Assembly (NCBI GenBank): GCA_963726455.1
Contig: CAVSCK010000004.1
Span: forward strand, 128,001 to 192,000
Direction: 5' to 3'
Origin: an uncultured bacterium
GTDB lineage: Bacteria > Zixibacteria > MSB-5A5 > CAIYYT01
DNA: 64,000 bases
In this document: piece after piece, positions 1 to 9,847 of the stretch
How the letters are laid out: each line of letters begins with the position of its first letter
Numbering within the stretch: position 1 is the stretch's first letter
The notes under the pieces: model-generated
What the model saw: only the letters and a program-made list of their open reading frames with translations
Told to the model about the DNA's origin: nothing
Database searches by the model: none
Position numbers and translations under genes: made by a program

Positions 1-833
1 CCCAATCCGGCGATCCGATTGTCAAGCAGGCGCCAACCCAGAATCCGTCGCAGATCGCCACCCCTGTTGATATCGCCGCTGCCCAGAAATCCGAAATCCT
101 TTCGGTCGCTGGGACAGTTGCGAGTCAGGTTCAGGCAGCGATCGATCCGGCAAATCCGGCTGCGACCGCAACTCAGCCCGTGGTGGAAACCGTCAATCAG
201 AAGGCGACTCCCGAATCGACTTCGCCTCTAAGCGGTGCAACGCAAACTCAATCCGGCAACTTGGTGAAGACGGCTGTCAAGTCGGCTGAATCAGCGGATT
301 CCGGCAGCAGCTATTCACAGACGGCGCAAAACTGGAGCGGTCAGGCAAGTGATCGCAGTGACGTTGCTTCCACGGAGCAGGTCGCACAGCCGCGTGAGCC
401 GCATGTCGACAAGACCAAGTTCAAGATTCAGTTCGACCGTTTCCAGATCGATGCGCTCCTGAAGCGCAGCGAAATCAAACTGCAACTTCAACCGGCCTCT
501 CTGGGCAATATGAGAGTCAAGCTGGTCGCTACTCCGCAGGAAATGACGGCACGCTTTGAGACGACCAACGAAGCGGCCCGGATCGCGGTGGAGCAGAATC
601 TGCCGCAGCTCAAGGAGAGTCTGGAAAGAGCCGGAATCAAAGTTGATCATGTTGAAGTCGTGCTTGACGAGCAACGCATGCGGCAGCAACAGGAACAACA
701 TCAAAGTCAGAGAAAACATCGTCCCGACACACAAGTCGCCGAGAATTCCGGCGCCGAATCGGAGCAGACCTCCGGTGGCATGATGTCCTCTGTCGGCCGA
801 ACCGTGCTCGGTGGACTTAACCTTCTGGCATGA
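1..833 (+). CDS. fliK: Flagellar hook-length control protein FliK (5' truncated by window)
   Basis: Frame is open from base 3 into ORF 180..833; low-complexity Q/S/A/P N-terminus followed by Flg_hook domain (LQLQPASLGNMRV...IEQNLPQLKESLERAGI-like); directly upstream of flgD. Confidence 0.88.
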   Translation, partial: QSGDPIVKQAPTQNPSQIATPVDIAAAQKSEILSVAGTVASQVQAAIDPANPAATATQPVVETVNQKATPESTSPLSGATQTQSGNLVKTAVKSAESADSGSSYSQTAQNWSGQASDRSDVASTEQVAQPREPHVDKTKFKIQFDRFQIDALLKRSEIKLQLQPASLGNMRVKLVATPQEMTARFETTNEAARIAVEQNLPQLKESLERAGIKVDHVEVVLDEQRMRQQQEQHQSQRKHRPDTQVAENSGAESEQTSGGMMSSVGRTVLGGLNLLA

Positions 834-840
834 GGTGGAT

Positions 841-1530
841 ATGGACGCACAATCAGTTAGCTCAATTCTGAATCCGCCGGTGAAAGAGGAAGTGAAGAAG
901 CCGGGCGACATCCTGGGCAAGGATGATTTCCTTAAGCTTCTCACGTCCCAGCTCAAGTATCAGAATCCGCTCGAACCGATGAACGATCAGGAGTTCGTCG
1001 CGCAGATGACGCAATTCTCGTCGCTGGAGCAGTTGCAGAACATGAACTCGACATTGTCGCAGAACGCGCAGTGGAACATGCTCCTGTCGCAAACCATCAA
1101 CAACACGATGGCGACGTCGCTGATCGGCAAGGAGATCACCGCGGATAGCAATGCCATTGGCATCAGCGGCGGTGACGGAGCCGATATCAGCTTTCAGTCA
1201 GCTGATTTTGCCCTGACCGGCACGATTACGATCTATGACGAGAAGGGCAACGTCGTGCGAACGCATGGACGTTAGCAGCCTATCAAGTCCGGTTCGAACT
1301 CCGTTCACTGGAATGGCAAGGACGATCAGGGCAATGACGTTGCCTGCCGGCAACTACACCTATCAGGTCAACTTGAAGGACACGAACGGCCAACCGGTTA
1401 CGGTGAGCAACTTACCGCAGCGGCACGGTCGCAGGCGGTCAAGTACGTTGACGGCCAGGCCTACTTGCTGGTGGACGGCTCCTACATTCCGCTCGCACAG
1501 ATCAGAGAAGTCAAGCAGGGGAAAGTCTGA
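841..1530 (+). CDS. flgD: Flagellar hook capping protein FlgD (apparent frameshifts ~1260-1440)
   Basis: LGKDDFLKLLTSQLKYQNPLEPMNDQEFVAQMTQFSSLEQL motif; RBS GAGGT; C-terminal Ig/Tudor parts (WNGKDDQG, LPAGNYTY, YVDGQAYLLVDG) continue in other frames to TGA 1528-1530. Confidence 0.9.
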
Positions 1531-1890
1531 TGACTGAATCAATTCAGAAAATCGCGGCCATCAATCCGGCGACATCGACTCAGGCGCTCGGCTCTGTCGC
1601 ACCACAAGCGCAGCCGAAAACGGCGCCGCCTGCCGACGGATTGACATTCTCCAAGCACTTGAGCGAACGTATGAATCGTCGCAGAATCGATCTGTCACCG
1701 GAGAAGCTTGATCGGTTGTCTCAAGCGGTAGACAAGGTGGCGGAAAAGGGCGCCCGCGAATCGGTGGTGTCTGCTCGATAATCTCGCACTTTTGGTCAGC
1801 GTCTCCAATCGGACGGTGCTGACAGCAATCGAAACTGAGAATATGAAGAACGGTGTTTTCACGAACATCGATTCGGTAGTGGTAGGATAG
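1530..1890 (+). CDS. TIGR02530-type flagellar operon protein (frameshift ~1770)
   Basis: LTFSKHLSERMNRRRI...LSQAVDKVAEKGARES continues in another frame as LDNLALLVSVSNRTVLTA...VFTNIDSVVVG*; typical position between flgD and flgE. Confidence 0.8.
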
Positions 1891-1948
1891 AAACAAAAGC
1901 AGGCCGGACCTCCTTGAGGAAGCCTGTGATTATGGAGGTACAGAAGAC

Positions 1949-3875
1949 ATGTTAGCATCATTATTCGCAGGAGTCGCAGGACTAAGAAACCATCAGGTGC
2001 GAATGAACGTAATCGGCAACAACATCTCGAACATCAACACGATCGGCTTCAAGTCCGGTCGTTCGATCTTTCGCGAAGCGCTGATCCAGACTCTGCGCGG
2101 CGCCGGTCGTCCGTCGTGCAGTTTCAGGCGGTACCAACCCGATTCAACTTGGTCTGGGTATGGAAGTGGCCTCGATTGACAACTTGTTCACACAGGGTGG
2201 TCTGGAACTCACCGGTCAGATCACTGACCTGGCGATTCAGGGCAACGGCTTCTTCCTGTTGTCAGATGGCAATTCGAAATTCTACACTCGCGCCGGAGCG
2301 TTCGGCTTTGACGCCAACAGTTATCTCGTAAATCCTTCCAACGGTCTGTACGTTCAAGGCAAGATGGCTGATGACACCGGAACCATTCCGGCGACAGCCA
2401 CCGTCGGTAATATCAAGCTGCCGTTTGGACAGCAGGATCCTGCCAGACCGACCTCGCGAGTTGATTTTGGCAATAACCTCGATGCCTCAGTCACCCGCTC
2501 CGAGGCCGCGATTACGACCGGCACTACCCCGACGAACGGAATCACTCAGGTTTCCGGCGCGGCACGTGACGGCGCGGGCGGTGTCCATGTCATCACGATT
2601 ACCGGTGCCCAGGCAACGCAGGCGTCTCGCGCTGGTGCGCACACTGGTCAGCCCGCCGGCGGCACTGACAGGCAGTGAAACTCTTGGCGCGCTTGGCGTC
2701 ACATCGACGACTCTAACTCTGGCAGTTGACGGCGGTTCGCCGATCAATATCACCGGCTTGACGACGACCTCGACGGTCAACGATTTGGTGATTGCTGCAT
2801 CGACATCATCGATGGCGTCGACGCCAAACTTGACAGCGGCGAAATTCTAATCACTCGCACGAAAGCAGGCGCCTCATATAACATCGCTACCAACACGGCC
2901 GTCGCAGGTGACATCGCCAACCAGATTTTTGGCGTGGCTGCGGCTTCGGCCTTCCAGGTCAATAACGGTATCGATCACTCCTTCCAGGCGCAGGATGTGT
3001 TTACACCTTCAGTGGGCGGCACGACCGTGACCAGTAATCTGGGCATCACGGTTAATTCGAATACCGGTCTTGCGACCGGCGTGACCGGTCTTGCCGAAGG
3101 AGGTATCACCGTGAGCTCCGGCGATACCGGTCTTTTGGCCGGCACCGCTTCGATTACAACTAAAGATACCGACAAGGCAACTTCGATCACCGTGTATGAC
3201 TCACTGGGCGGCACGCACGTGATGATGACGAACTTCATCAAGTCGCATGAACCGAACAAGTGGTACTGGAACATCTCGATGCAGGGTGGCGAGATCATCC
3301 AGTCGGGTGCTTCCGGGACGGTGACCTTCAACTCTGATGGTTCGCTGCTTCGCTTCGAGATCGACGGCGGCGCCGACAAGTTCTCCTTCGATCCGAACAA
3401 TGGCGCCGGGCTGACTCAGATTGATCTGTTTGCCGGTTCCTCGGGCAAGTACGACGGCCTGACCGGATTCTCCGGCACGGAGACGGTCGCGGCCGTGAAA
3501 CAGAACGGTTACGGCATGGGCATTCTGGACAAGATCTCGATCGACCCGACCGGTCTGATCATCGGCATATTCACCAACGGCGTCTCGCGTAATCTGGCGC
3601 AGATCGTGCTGGCCGATTTCAACAACCAGGCGGGCTTGATAAAGTCGGGCGAGTCGCTATTCCAGACGTCGGCAAACTCCGGCGAAGGTATCGAAGGTGT
3701 GGCAGGCGAAACGGTTTCGGCGACGATATCGTCAGGAGCTCTGGAGTCGGCCAACGTCGATCTGGCGCAGGAATTCACCAACATGATCATCGCACAAAGA
3801 GGATTCCAGTCCAACGCCAGGGTGATCACAACTTCCGACAACATGCTTGACGATCTGGTCAATCTGAAGAGGTAA
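1949..3875 (+). CDS. flgE: Flagellar hook protein FlgE (several apparent frameshifts)
   Basis: N-term SLFAGVAGLRNHQVRMNVIGNNISNINTIGFK; DLAIQGNGFF, YTRAGAF; C-term ISSGALESANVDLAQEFTNMIIAQRGFQSNARVITTSD; spread over ORFs 1949..2179, 2160..2678, 2371..2850, 2934..3875. Confidence 0.92.
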
Positions 3876-3877
3876 TT

Positions 3878-4093
3878 ATGATTAAGGTCACACGCCTGAA
3901 TGGTCAACTGATTGTACTTAACGCGGAACTGATCGAGTTCGTGGAAGAAATTCCCGACACGATTATCAGTCTGACCACGGGCAAGAAGATCATGGTTAAA
4001 GAAAACGCCGAAGAGATCATCGAAAAGGTGATCGCCTACAAACGTAACTCTGGATCAGCGGTGCCCACAGCGCCGCTGATCACCGAGGAATAG
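3878..4093 (+). CDS. flbD: Flagellar protein FlbD (SwrD-like)
   Basis: MIKVTRLNGQLIVLNAELIEFVEEIPDTIISLTTGKKIMVKE is the FlbD family signature. Confidence 0.9.
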   Translation: MIKVTRLNGQLIVLNAELIEFVEEIPDTIISLTTGKKIMVKENAEEIIEKVIAYKRNSGSAVPTAPLITEE

Positions 4094-4101
4094 CAGGAGA
4101 T

Positions 4102-4715
4102 ATGGCTATGCCGGAAGTAAAAGAGCAAACTGAGACCGCCCCCGAAGCAGCGGCTCCACGCAAGAGTCTGATTCCTGCGAACCTCATGCCGCTGTTGACC
4201 AAGATTGGAATCTTTGGCGTTATCGGAATGGTGGCAATCGTGGCGGCCTTTCTGATCACCACCAAAGTGCTCAAACCGATGATGGCGCGTTCAACTACTC
4301 CAACCACCGAGCAGGCCGCAAAGCCCGCGCCGGTGGAAGAGAAAAAGCAGGAAGCCAAAGCCGAGGAAACTACCAAGGGTGAAGAGGGTGGCAAGGGGGA
4401 AGCGGCTGCTTCCGAAGGCAACTACTATAGTATTGAGAACATCGTTGTCAACCCGGCCGGAACCGGCGGTACCGATATTTGTCTTGCGGAGTGAGCTTCG
4501 AAATGGAATCGCCGCAAGACGTCAAGGTGTTCGAGGCCAAATCGGTACAGGTCAAGGATATTCTGATCACAATTCTGTCGTCCAAGACCGTCGACGAACT
4601 GTCGGATATCAGGCAACGCAATCAAATGCGCCGCCAGATCATGACCATCGTCAACCGTTTCATGGCTCCAACACAGACCAAAGCGGTTTACCTCACGGAT
4701 TTCGTGCTGCAGTAG
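4102..4715 (+). CDS. fliL: Flagellar basal body protein FliL (frameshift ~4470)
   Basis: One TM helix, IVVNPAGTGG, then in ORF 4479..4715 VKDILITILSSKT...VYLTDFVLQ C-terminus. Confidence 0.88.
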
Positions 4716-4729
4716 GAAAGGAAGCGAAC

Positions 4730-5710
4730 GTGGCAAAGATACTCTCTCAGGATGAAATCGACGCCCTATTATCGACTGTGTCGGCGGGTGACGAAATCGA
4801 ATCCCAACTCTCGGTCGCGGATGATTCACTGCGGTCGGTGGTTGCCTATGATTTCAAACATCCCAACCGAGTATCCAAAGACCAGATTCGCACGCTGGAA
4901 AATCTGCACGACAACTTCGCCGGCCACCTCGGCTCGACCCTGTCCGGTATTCAACGGGCGATGGTCGATACCGAGTTGGTAAGCGTTGACCAGATCACTT
5001 ACTCCGAATTTATCATGTCGCTGGTCAACCCGTCGAACACGTTCACGATCAGTGTCGAGCCGCTGGAAGGACTGTGTCTGGTCGACTTCAATCCGACGCT
5101 GGCTTTCATGTTCATCGACCGCATGTTCGGCGGCGTCGGAAAGCTGCTGGAAGCGGAACGTGAATTGACCGGTATCGAACGCACGGTGTTGACGAAGATT
5201 GCGCACCATGTTTTTCAGGAATTGGAGAAGACCTGGAGCTCGGTCATCAAAATGCAGATTCGCCACGTCTCCTTCGAGACCAATCCGCAGTTCGTGCAGA
5301 TTGTACCGCCGGGTGAGACGGTAATCGTCATCAGCATGCAGGTCAAGATGCTGGGCAACTCCGGACTGTTGACGATCTGTTATCCGTATGTCACGCTCGA
5401 ATCGATCATGAAAGACTTGGTTGGCAAGAGCTGGGTCGATCAGTCGAAGAAGGGCGACGCGGAAATTGATTACGGCATCAACACGGCCAACTTGCAGGAA
5501 GTGTCTGCCGACGTCTCCGCTCAACTCGGGACGGCGCAGATTACCGTGAGAGATTTCGTCAATCTCAAGTCGGGTGATGTCATTCAACTTGATCAGCGCG
5601 TAAGTCAGCCGCTGGAGATTTACGTGCGCGGCGCGAAAAAATTCTATGCCAGACCCGGCGTTGTCGGGAAAAAAATGGGAATTCAGGTCATCGGTTTCGC
5701 CGAGAAATAG
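4730..5710 (+). CDS. fliM: Flagellar motor switch protein FliM
   Basis: GTG start; AKILSQDEIDALL CheY-binding peptide, YDFKHPNRVSKDQIR, ETNPQFVQIV, SpoA C-terminus. Confidence 0.96.
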   Translation: MAKILSQDEIDALLSTVSAGDEIESQLSVADDSLRSVVAYDFKHPNRVSKDQIRTLENLHDNFAGHLGSTLSGIQRAMVDTELVSVDQITYSEFIMSLVNPSNTFTISVEPLEGLCLVDFNPTLAFMFIDRMFGGVGKLLEAERELTGIERTVLTKIAHHVFQELEKTWSSVIKMQIRHVSFETNPQFVQIVPPGETVIVISMQVKMLGNSGLLTICYPYVTLESIMKDLVGKSWVDQSKKGDAEIDYGINTANLQEVSADVSAQLGTAQITVRDFVNLKSGDVIQLDQRVSQPLEIYVRGAKKFYARPGVVGKKMGIQVIGFAEK

Positions 5711-5719
5711 GAGATATAG

Positions 5720-6319
5720 ATGCCAGACGATATGCTCACTAATGAGCCACTGGATGAACAGGACCTTCCCTCGTCATCGGTGCCTTTGCCGGAATCGGGA
5801 ATGGACGACTTGTCCGGCCCCGAGAACGCTCAGGCAATACCTGCCGACCAAATCAAGTCGACGGGCGCCATCGATGATGAAGTAGAACGAATCATGCTCG
5901 AGGAATTGGCGCGTGCCGAGGCCGCCGGCGATATGCCGACCGTCGCCGAAGCTATGCCGTCTTTCCCCGATACGCCGACTCCGGCCAAGCCAACCAAAGA
6001 AATGCCGACGGTGAAACCGGTCGAGTTTGGCAAGTTCGATCGCACCGAGGCAACCGGCCAACCCAAGAACATCGATATCCTGATGGATGTCAAGCTGCCG
6101 ATCTCTATCGAGCTCGGACGCACCGAAATGACCATTCGCGATATTCTCGGGCTTTCAGCCGGTTCGGTTGTCGAATTGAACAAGCTGGCCGGTGAGCCGG
6201 TCGAGTTGCTGGTGAATAATAAAGTCATCGCCAAAGGTGAAGTCGTCGTGGTCGATGAGAACTTCGGCCTGCGAGTAACCAGTCTGATTTCGCCGGAAGA
6301 CCGGATTAAGAGTCTCTGA
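5720..6319 (+). CDS. fliN: Flagellar motor switch protein FliN with acidic N-terminal extension
   Basis: NIDILMDVKLPISIELGRT...GEVVVVDENFGLRVT SpoA domain. Confidence 0.92.
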   Translation: MPDDMLTNEPLDEQDLPSSSVPLPESGMDDLSGPENAQAIPADQIKSTGAIDDEVERIMLEELARAEAAGDMPTVAEAMPSFPDTPTPAKPTKEMPTVKPVEFGKFDRTEATGQPKNIDILMDVKLPISIELGRTEMTIRDILGLSAGSVVELNKLAGEPVELLVNNKVIAKGEVVVVDENFGLRVTSLISPEDRIKSL

Positions 6320-6792
6320 TGCGGCACGTCCCCTCCTCCTGGCTGATTGGCCTGACGGCGCTTCTGATGAGCTCACCGCTTCTGGCTCAGGACAAAGAAA
6401 TCCCTTCGCCCGCAAGTGATCTCGGCCCGACCTTGCTGCAGCTTGCCGGCGCGCTGCTGCTGATAATTGTCATCATCTATGTCTCTATCTGGTTGATGAA
6501 GAAATACTCCACCGGTCGTATGGCCGGCGGCGGTAACCTGATTGCAATCGTCGAGAGACGCCATCTGACTCCAAAGCAGGTGCTCTATCTCATCAAAATA
6601 GGGGAGAAGCATTTATTGATCGGCGCATCCGACTCCGGCCTGCAGAAGCTTTCTGATATCGAGAATCTCGAAATCAAAAAGCCGCAACCGAGCGCCACTT
6701 CGCCTGTCTCCAAATTCAGTCAGGCGTTGCGACAAGCGAAAGAAACGCTTATCCCGCGCACGATGATCAAAGAAAAGAGCGTCGAAGTATGA
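6319..6792 (+). CDS. fliO: Flagellar biosynthesis protein FliO
   Basis: TM helix then [26 protein letters not shown]; lies between fliN and fliP. Confidence 0.85.
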   Translation: MRHVPSSWLIGLTALLMSSPLLAQDKEIPSPASDLGPTLLQLAGALLLIIVIIYVSIWLMKKYSTGRMAGGGNLIAIVERRHLTPKQVLYLIKIGEKHLLIGASDSGLQKLSDIENLEIKKPQPSATSPVSKFSQALRQAKETLIPRTMIKEKSVEV

Positions 6793-7551
6793 CGTCCTGC
6801 AAAGTGATCATCAGCGTCGTCGTGATCCTGCTGTTAGTCATGGCGGCGGGCGCCCAGTCGCAATCTTTACCGAAAATCAGCTTACAGATCGAAAAGGGTT
6901 CCGACGCCAAAGGCCTGTCCACGACTCTGCAAATCGTTCTGTTAATGACCGTTCTGGCGCTAGCGCCGTCGATCCTGGTCATGATGACGTCGTTCATTCG
7001 CATTATCATCGTTCTGTCCTTCGTGCGACAAGCGCTCGGCACCAACCAGTTACCACCTATCGCAGCTTATCATGGGTGTGGCGCTGGTTATGACCATGTT
7101 CGTCATGTCGCCCGTTATTTCGCAAGTCCACGAGAAGGCCTGGACTCCCTACATGAACGGCGAAATTACCCAGAAACAACTTTACGACGAGGGCATGAAG
7201 CCGCTGCGCGCGTTTATGCTTCAGCAAACGCGGGAGAAAGACCTGGCGCTGTTCGTGAAATTCTCCGGCATGCAAAAACCCGCTACCCAGGCCGACATCC
7301 CGACTCACGTGGTCGTTCCGGGCTTCATACTTTCCGAATTACGAACGGCCTTCCAAATTTCGTTCATCATCTTCATTCCTTTCCTTGTCATCGACATGGT
7401 CGTGGCATCGGTCTTGATGTCAATGGGTATGATGATGTTGCCACCCGTACTGGTCGCGCTACCTTTCAAGATTCTATTATTCGTCATGGTTGATGGCTGG
7501 TATCTGATCGTCAAGTCACTTTTGGACAGTTTCCACGTAGCAGGAGGATAA
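6789..7551 (+). CDS. fliP: Flagellar export protein FliP (frameshift ~7060)
   Basis: [28 protein letters not shown], then in ORF 7072..7551 [12 protein letters not shown]...[29 protein letters not shown]. Confidence 0.93.
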
Positions 7552-7552
7552 A

Positions 7553-7822
7553 ATGACACCGCAATATGTACTCGCGCTCGGCAAAGAAGCAATCTGGCTG
7601 ACTCTGTTGGTGTCCGCCCCGATGCTGATACTTGGACTTCTGGTCGGCGTGATAATCTCCATCTTCCAGGCGGTAACCCAAATTCACGAAATGACCCTGA
7701 CCTTCGTGCCCAAGATCATCGCCGTGGCGCTGGCTATGATTATCTTTCTGCCCTGGATCATCAACAAGCTCGTTGACTTCACAACCCGCCTGTTCTCGAC
7801 CATCCCAACTTTGGTAGGGTAG
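7553..7822 (+). CDS. fliQ: Flagellar export protein FliQ
   Basis: IFQAVTQIHEMTLTFVPKI motif. Confidence 0.96.
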   Translation: MTPQYVLALGKEAIWLTLLVSAPMLILGLLVGVIISIFQAVTQIHEMTLTFVPKIIAVALAMIIFLPWIINKLVDFTTRLFSTIPTLVG

Positions 7823-7928
7823 AAACAATTTCAACCACACCCGGAAAAAAGCTCCACCCAATGCCTCGGACATACCAGGTCGCCCAATTCAAGTGATTGT
7901 CTGACAGTGCGTTAAGTCTTGTTTCTCC

Positions 7929-7945
7929 CCGGCACACTCATTGCT
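7929..7945 (+). promoter_or_regulatory. Sigma54 (-24/-12) promoter for fliR-flhB-flhA-flhF-flhG
   Basis: CCGGCACACTCATTGCT: GG(7931-32)-N10-GC(7943-44), matches TGGCAC-N5-TTGCW; in 154-bp fliQ-fliR gap upstream of RBS AGGAG. Confidence 0.72.
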
Positions 7946-7976
7946 AAAGTAAGTGCGATGAGGAGAGCTATACACC

Positions 7977-8768
7977 GTGCAGACTGACGCAATACTGGGA
8001 ATCTCATTAGACAACGTAGTCATCTTCCTGTTGACGACCTTCCGGATCGGCGGCCTGTTTATCGCTGCCCCGATCCTGGGACATTCCTCGATCCCAATGA
8101 TGGTCAAGATTCCGTTGTCGCTAATTCTCGGCTATTTCATTTTTCCGTACGCCAGTGCACAGCCCCTTGTGATGGAACCGGGACTCATGCCGCTGCTTAC
8201 GTTGGCGGTGCGCGAGTTTCTGTTCGGGCTGGTGATCGGATTTCTCTTCCAAATCATCTTCCTCGGCGTCGAATTCGGCGGCGGCCTGATCGGTTACCAG
8301 ATCGGTTTTGCGATGGTGAACATCATCGATCCAACCACGTCCGCAAACGTGCCGATCATCGGTCAGTTCAAGATTCTGATCGCGACCTTGATCTTCCTGT
8401 TGATTAACGGCCATCACGTCATGCTGCAGGCGCTGTTTGATTCTTTCAAGCTGGTGCCGCTCGGCCGTGTTTCGCTTACGCCGGTCGCGCTTACGGAAGT
8501 CATGAAGTTCGCAGGCGCCGCGTTTACCGTCGGAATCAAAGTCTCGGCGCCGGTTATTGTCACGCTGTTTATCACCGACGTCTGTCTCGGCATCATCGCT
8601 CGCACGATGCCGCAGATGAACATTCTCGTCGTCGGTTTCCAGGTAAAGATCGGAGTTGGGCTGCTGATTCTCGCAATCAGTCTGCCTGTGTTCAACTACG
8701 TGTTTACGCAGTTGTTCTCGCGGATGAGCATGGATGCCATCCAGATCAGCAAAGGATTTGCAGGATAG
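7977..8768 (+). CDS. fliR: Flagellar export protein FliR
   Basis: Hydrophobic; GGLIGYQIGF...IDP, LGIIARTMPQMNILVVG motifs. Confidence 0.95.
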   Translation: MQTDAILGISLDNVVIFLLTTFRIGGLFIAAPILGHSSIPMMVKIPLSLILGYFIFPYASAQPLVMEPGLMPLLTLAVREFLFGLVIGFLFQIIFLGVEFGGGLIGYQIGFAMVNIIDPTTSANVPIIGQFKILIATLIFLLINGHHVMLQALFDSFKLVPLGRVSLTPVALTEVMKFAGAAFTVGIKVSAPVIVTLFITDVCLGIIARTMPQMNILVVGFQVKIGVGLLILAISLPVFNYVFTQLFSRMSMDAIQISKGFAG

Positions 8769-8771
8769 GAA

Positions 8772-9839
8772 ATGCCGGAAGAATCATTCCAGGAACGCAC
8801 TGAAAAAGCAACGCCTCGCAGGATAAAAGAGGCGCGCGAAAAGGGACAGGTTGCCCAGTCTCAGGAATTGAGCTCGGTGCTGGTCATGCTTTGCGGTGTC
8901 GCCTCACTGGTGGCGCTTGGTCCGGCAATGGCGGGCGAAATGCGCGGCCTGATCGTCTGGACGTTCCGCGACGCCGCCAAATTCAGCATCGATCCCGTCA
9001 GCGCCCAGACTTTGTTTCTGCAGGTCGGCTGGGTGTTCACGAAAGCCACGCTTCCGATCGTGCTGGCCTTGACCGTCGTCTCTTTTGGTTCCAGCTACAT
9101 TCAGGTCGGCAGCGTCTTTTCGACCCAGGCGCTCGAACCCAAATTCGAAAAGCTGAATGTCATCAGCGGTCTCAAGAACATTATCAGTATCAAGTCGATG
9201 GTTACGCTCACGCGCGACGTCATCAAACTGATCCTAATTACGATCATCGCCTACTACGCCGTCAGAAAAGAAGTCCCGACATTCGTAACCTTCCCGCAGA
9301 TGGAAGCCAGCGCTATCGCTGCCGCGATGATCGGCGTCTCCGTCCGCATCGCCCTCAAGATTCTGCTGGCGCTGTTGGCGCTGGCGCTTCTCGACTTCGC
9401 TTACCAGCGTTTCGATTACCTGCGCGGCCTGCGGATGTCCCGTCAGGACCTCAAGGAAGAATTCAAAATGACGGAAGGTGATCCGCTGACCAAGGGCAGA
9501 ATACGCGCCATCCAGAAGGAACAGGCGCGCCGCCGCATGATGCAGGATGTCCCGAAGGCGGATGTTGTAATCACCAACCCGACACACTATGCCGTCGCGC
9601 TCAAGTATGACGCCGACTCCATGGATGCTCCCAGCGTCATCGCCAAAGGCGAACGGCTGGTGGCGCTCGCGATCAGAAAAATCGCCGAGGAAGCCGGCAT
9701 TCCCATTGTCGAAAACAAGCCGCTGGCACAGGCGCTGTTCAAAACCGTCGAGATCGGTATGCAAGTGCCCGCGAATCTTTACCGCGCGGTTGCTGAAGTG
9801 CTCGCCTACGTGTACGGCCTCAAAGGGAAGGGTAAGTAG
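8772..9839 (+). CDS. flhB: Flagellar export switch protein FlhB
   Basis: ERTEKATPRR, TEGDP, autocleavage motif TNPTH. Confidence 0.97.
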   Translation: MPEESFQERTEKATPRRIKEAREKGQVAQSQELSSVLVMLCGVASLVALGPAMAGEMRGLIVWTFRDAAKFSIDPVSAQTLFLQVGWVFTKATLPIVLALTVVSFGSSYIQVGSVFSTQALEPKFEKLNVISGLKNIISIKSMVTLTRDVIKLILITIIAYYAVRKEVPTFVTFPQMEASAIAAAMIGVSVRIALKILLALLALALLDFAYQRFDYLRGLRMSRQDLKEEFKMTEGDPLTKGRIRAIQKEQARRRMMQDVPKADVVITNPTHYAVALKYDADSMDAPSVIAKGERLVALAIRKIAEEAGIPIVENKPLAQALFKTVEIGMQVPANLYRAVAEVLAYVYGLKGKGK

Positions 9840-9847
9840 GTAGCAGC

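Noticed and set aside
4093-4102. Absence of motAB between flbD and fliL
   Set aside because: The same arrangement occurs in Bacillus subtilis; mot genes are probably elsewhere
841-7551. Programmed frameshifting or phase variation of flagellar genes
   Set aside because: No consistent slippery sequence or long homopolymer seen at the breaks; similar breaks hit unrelated genes such as ribD
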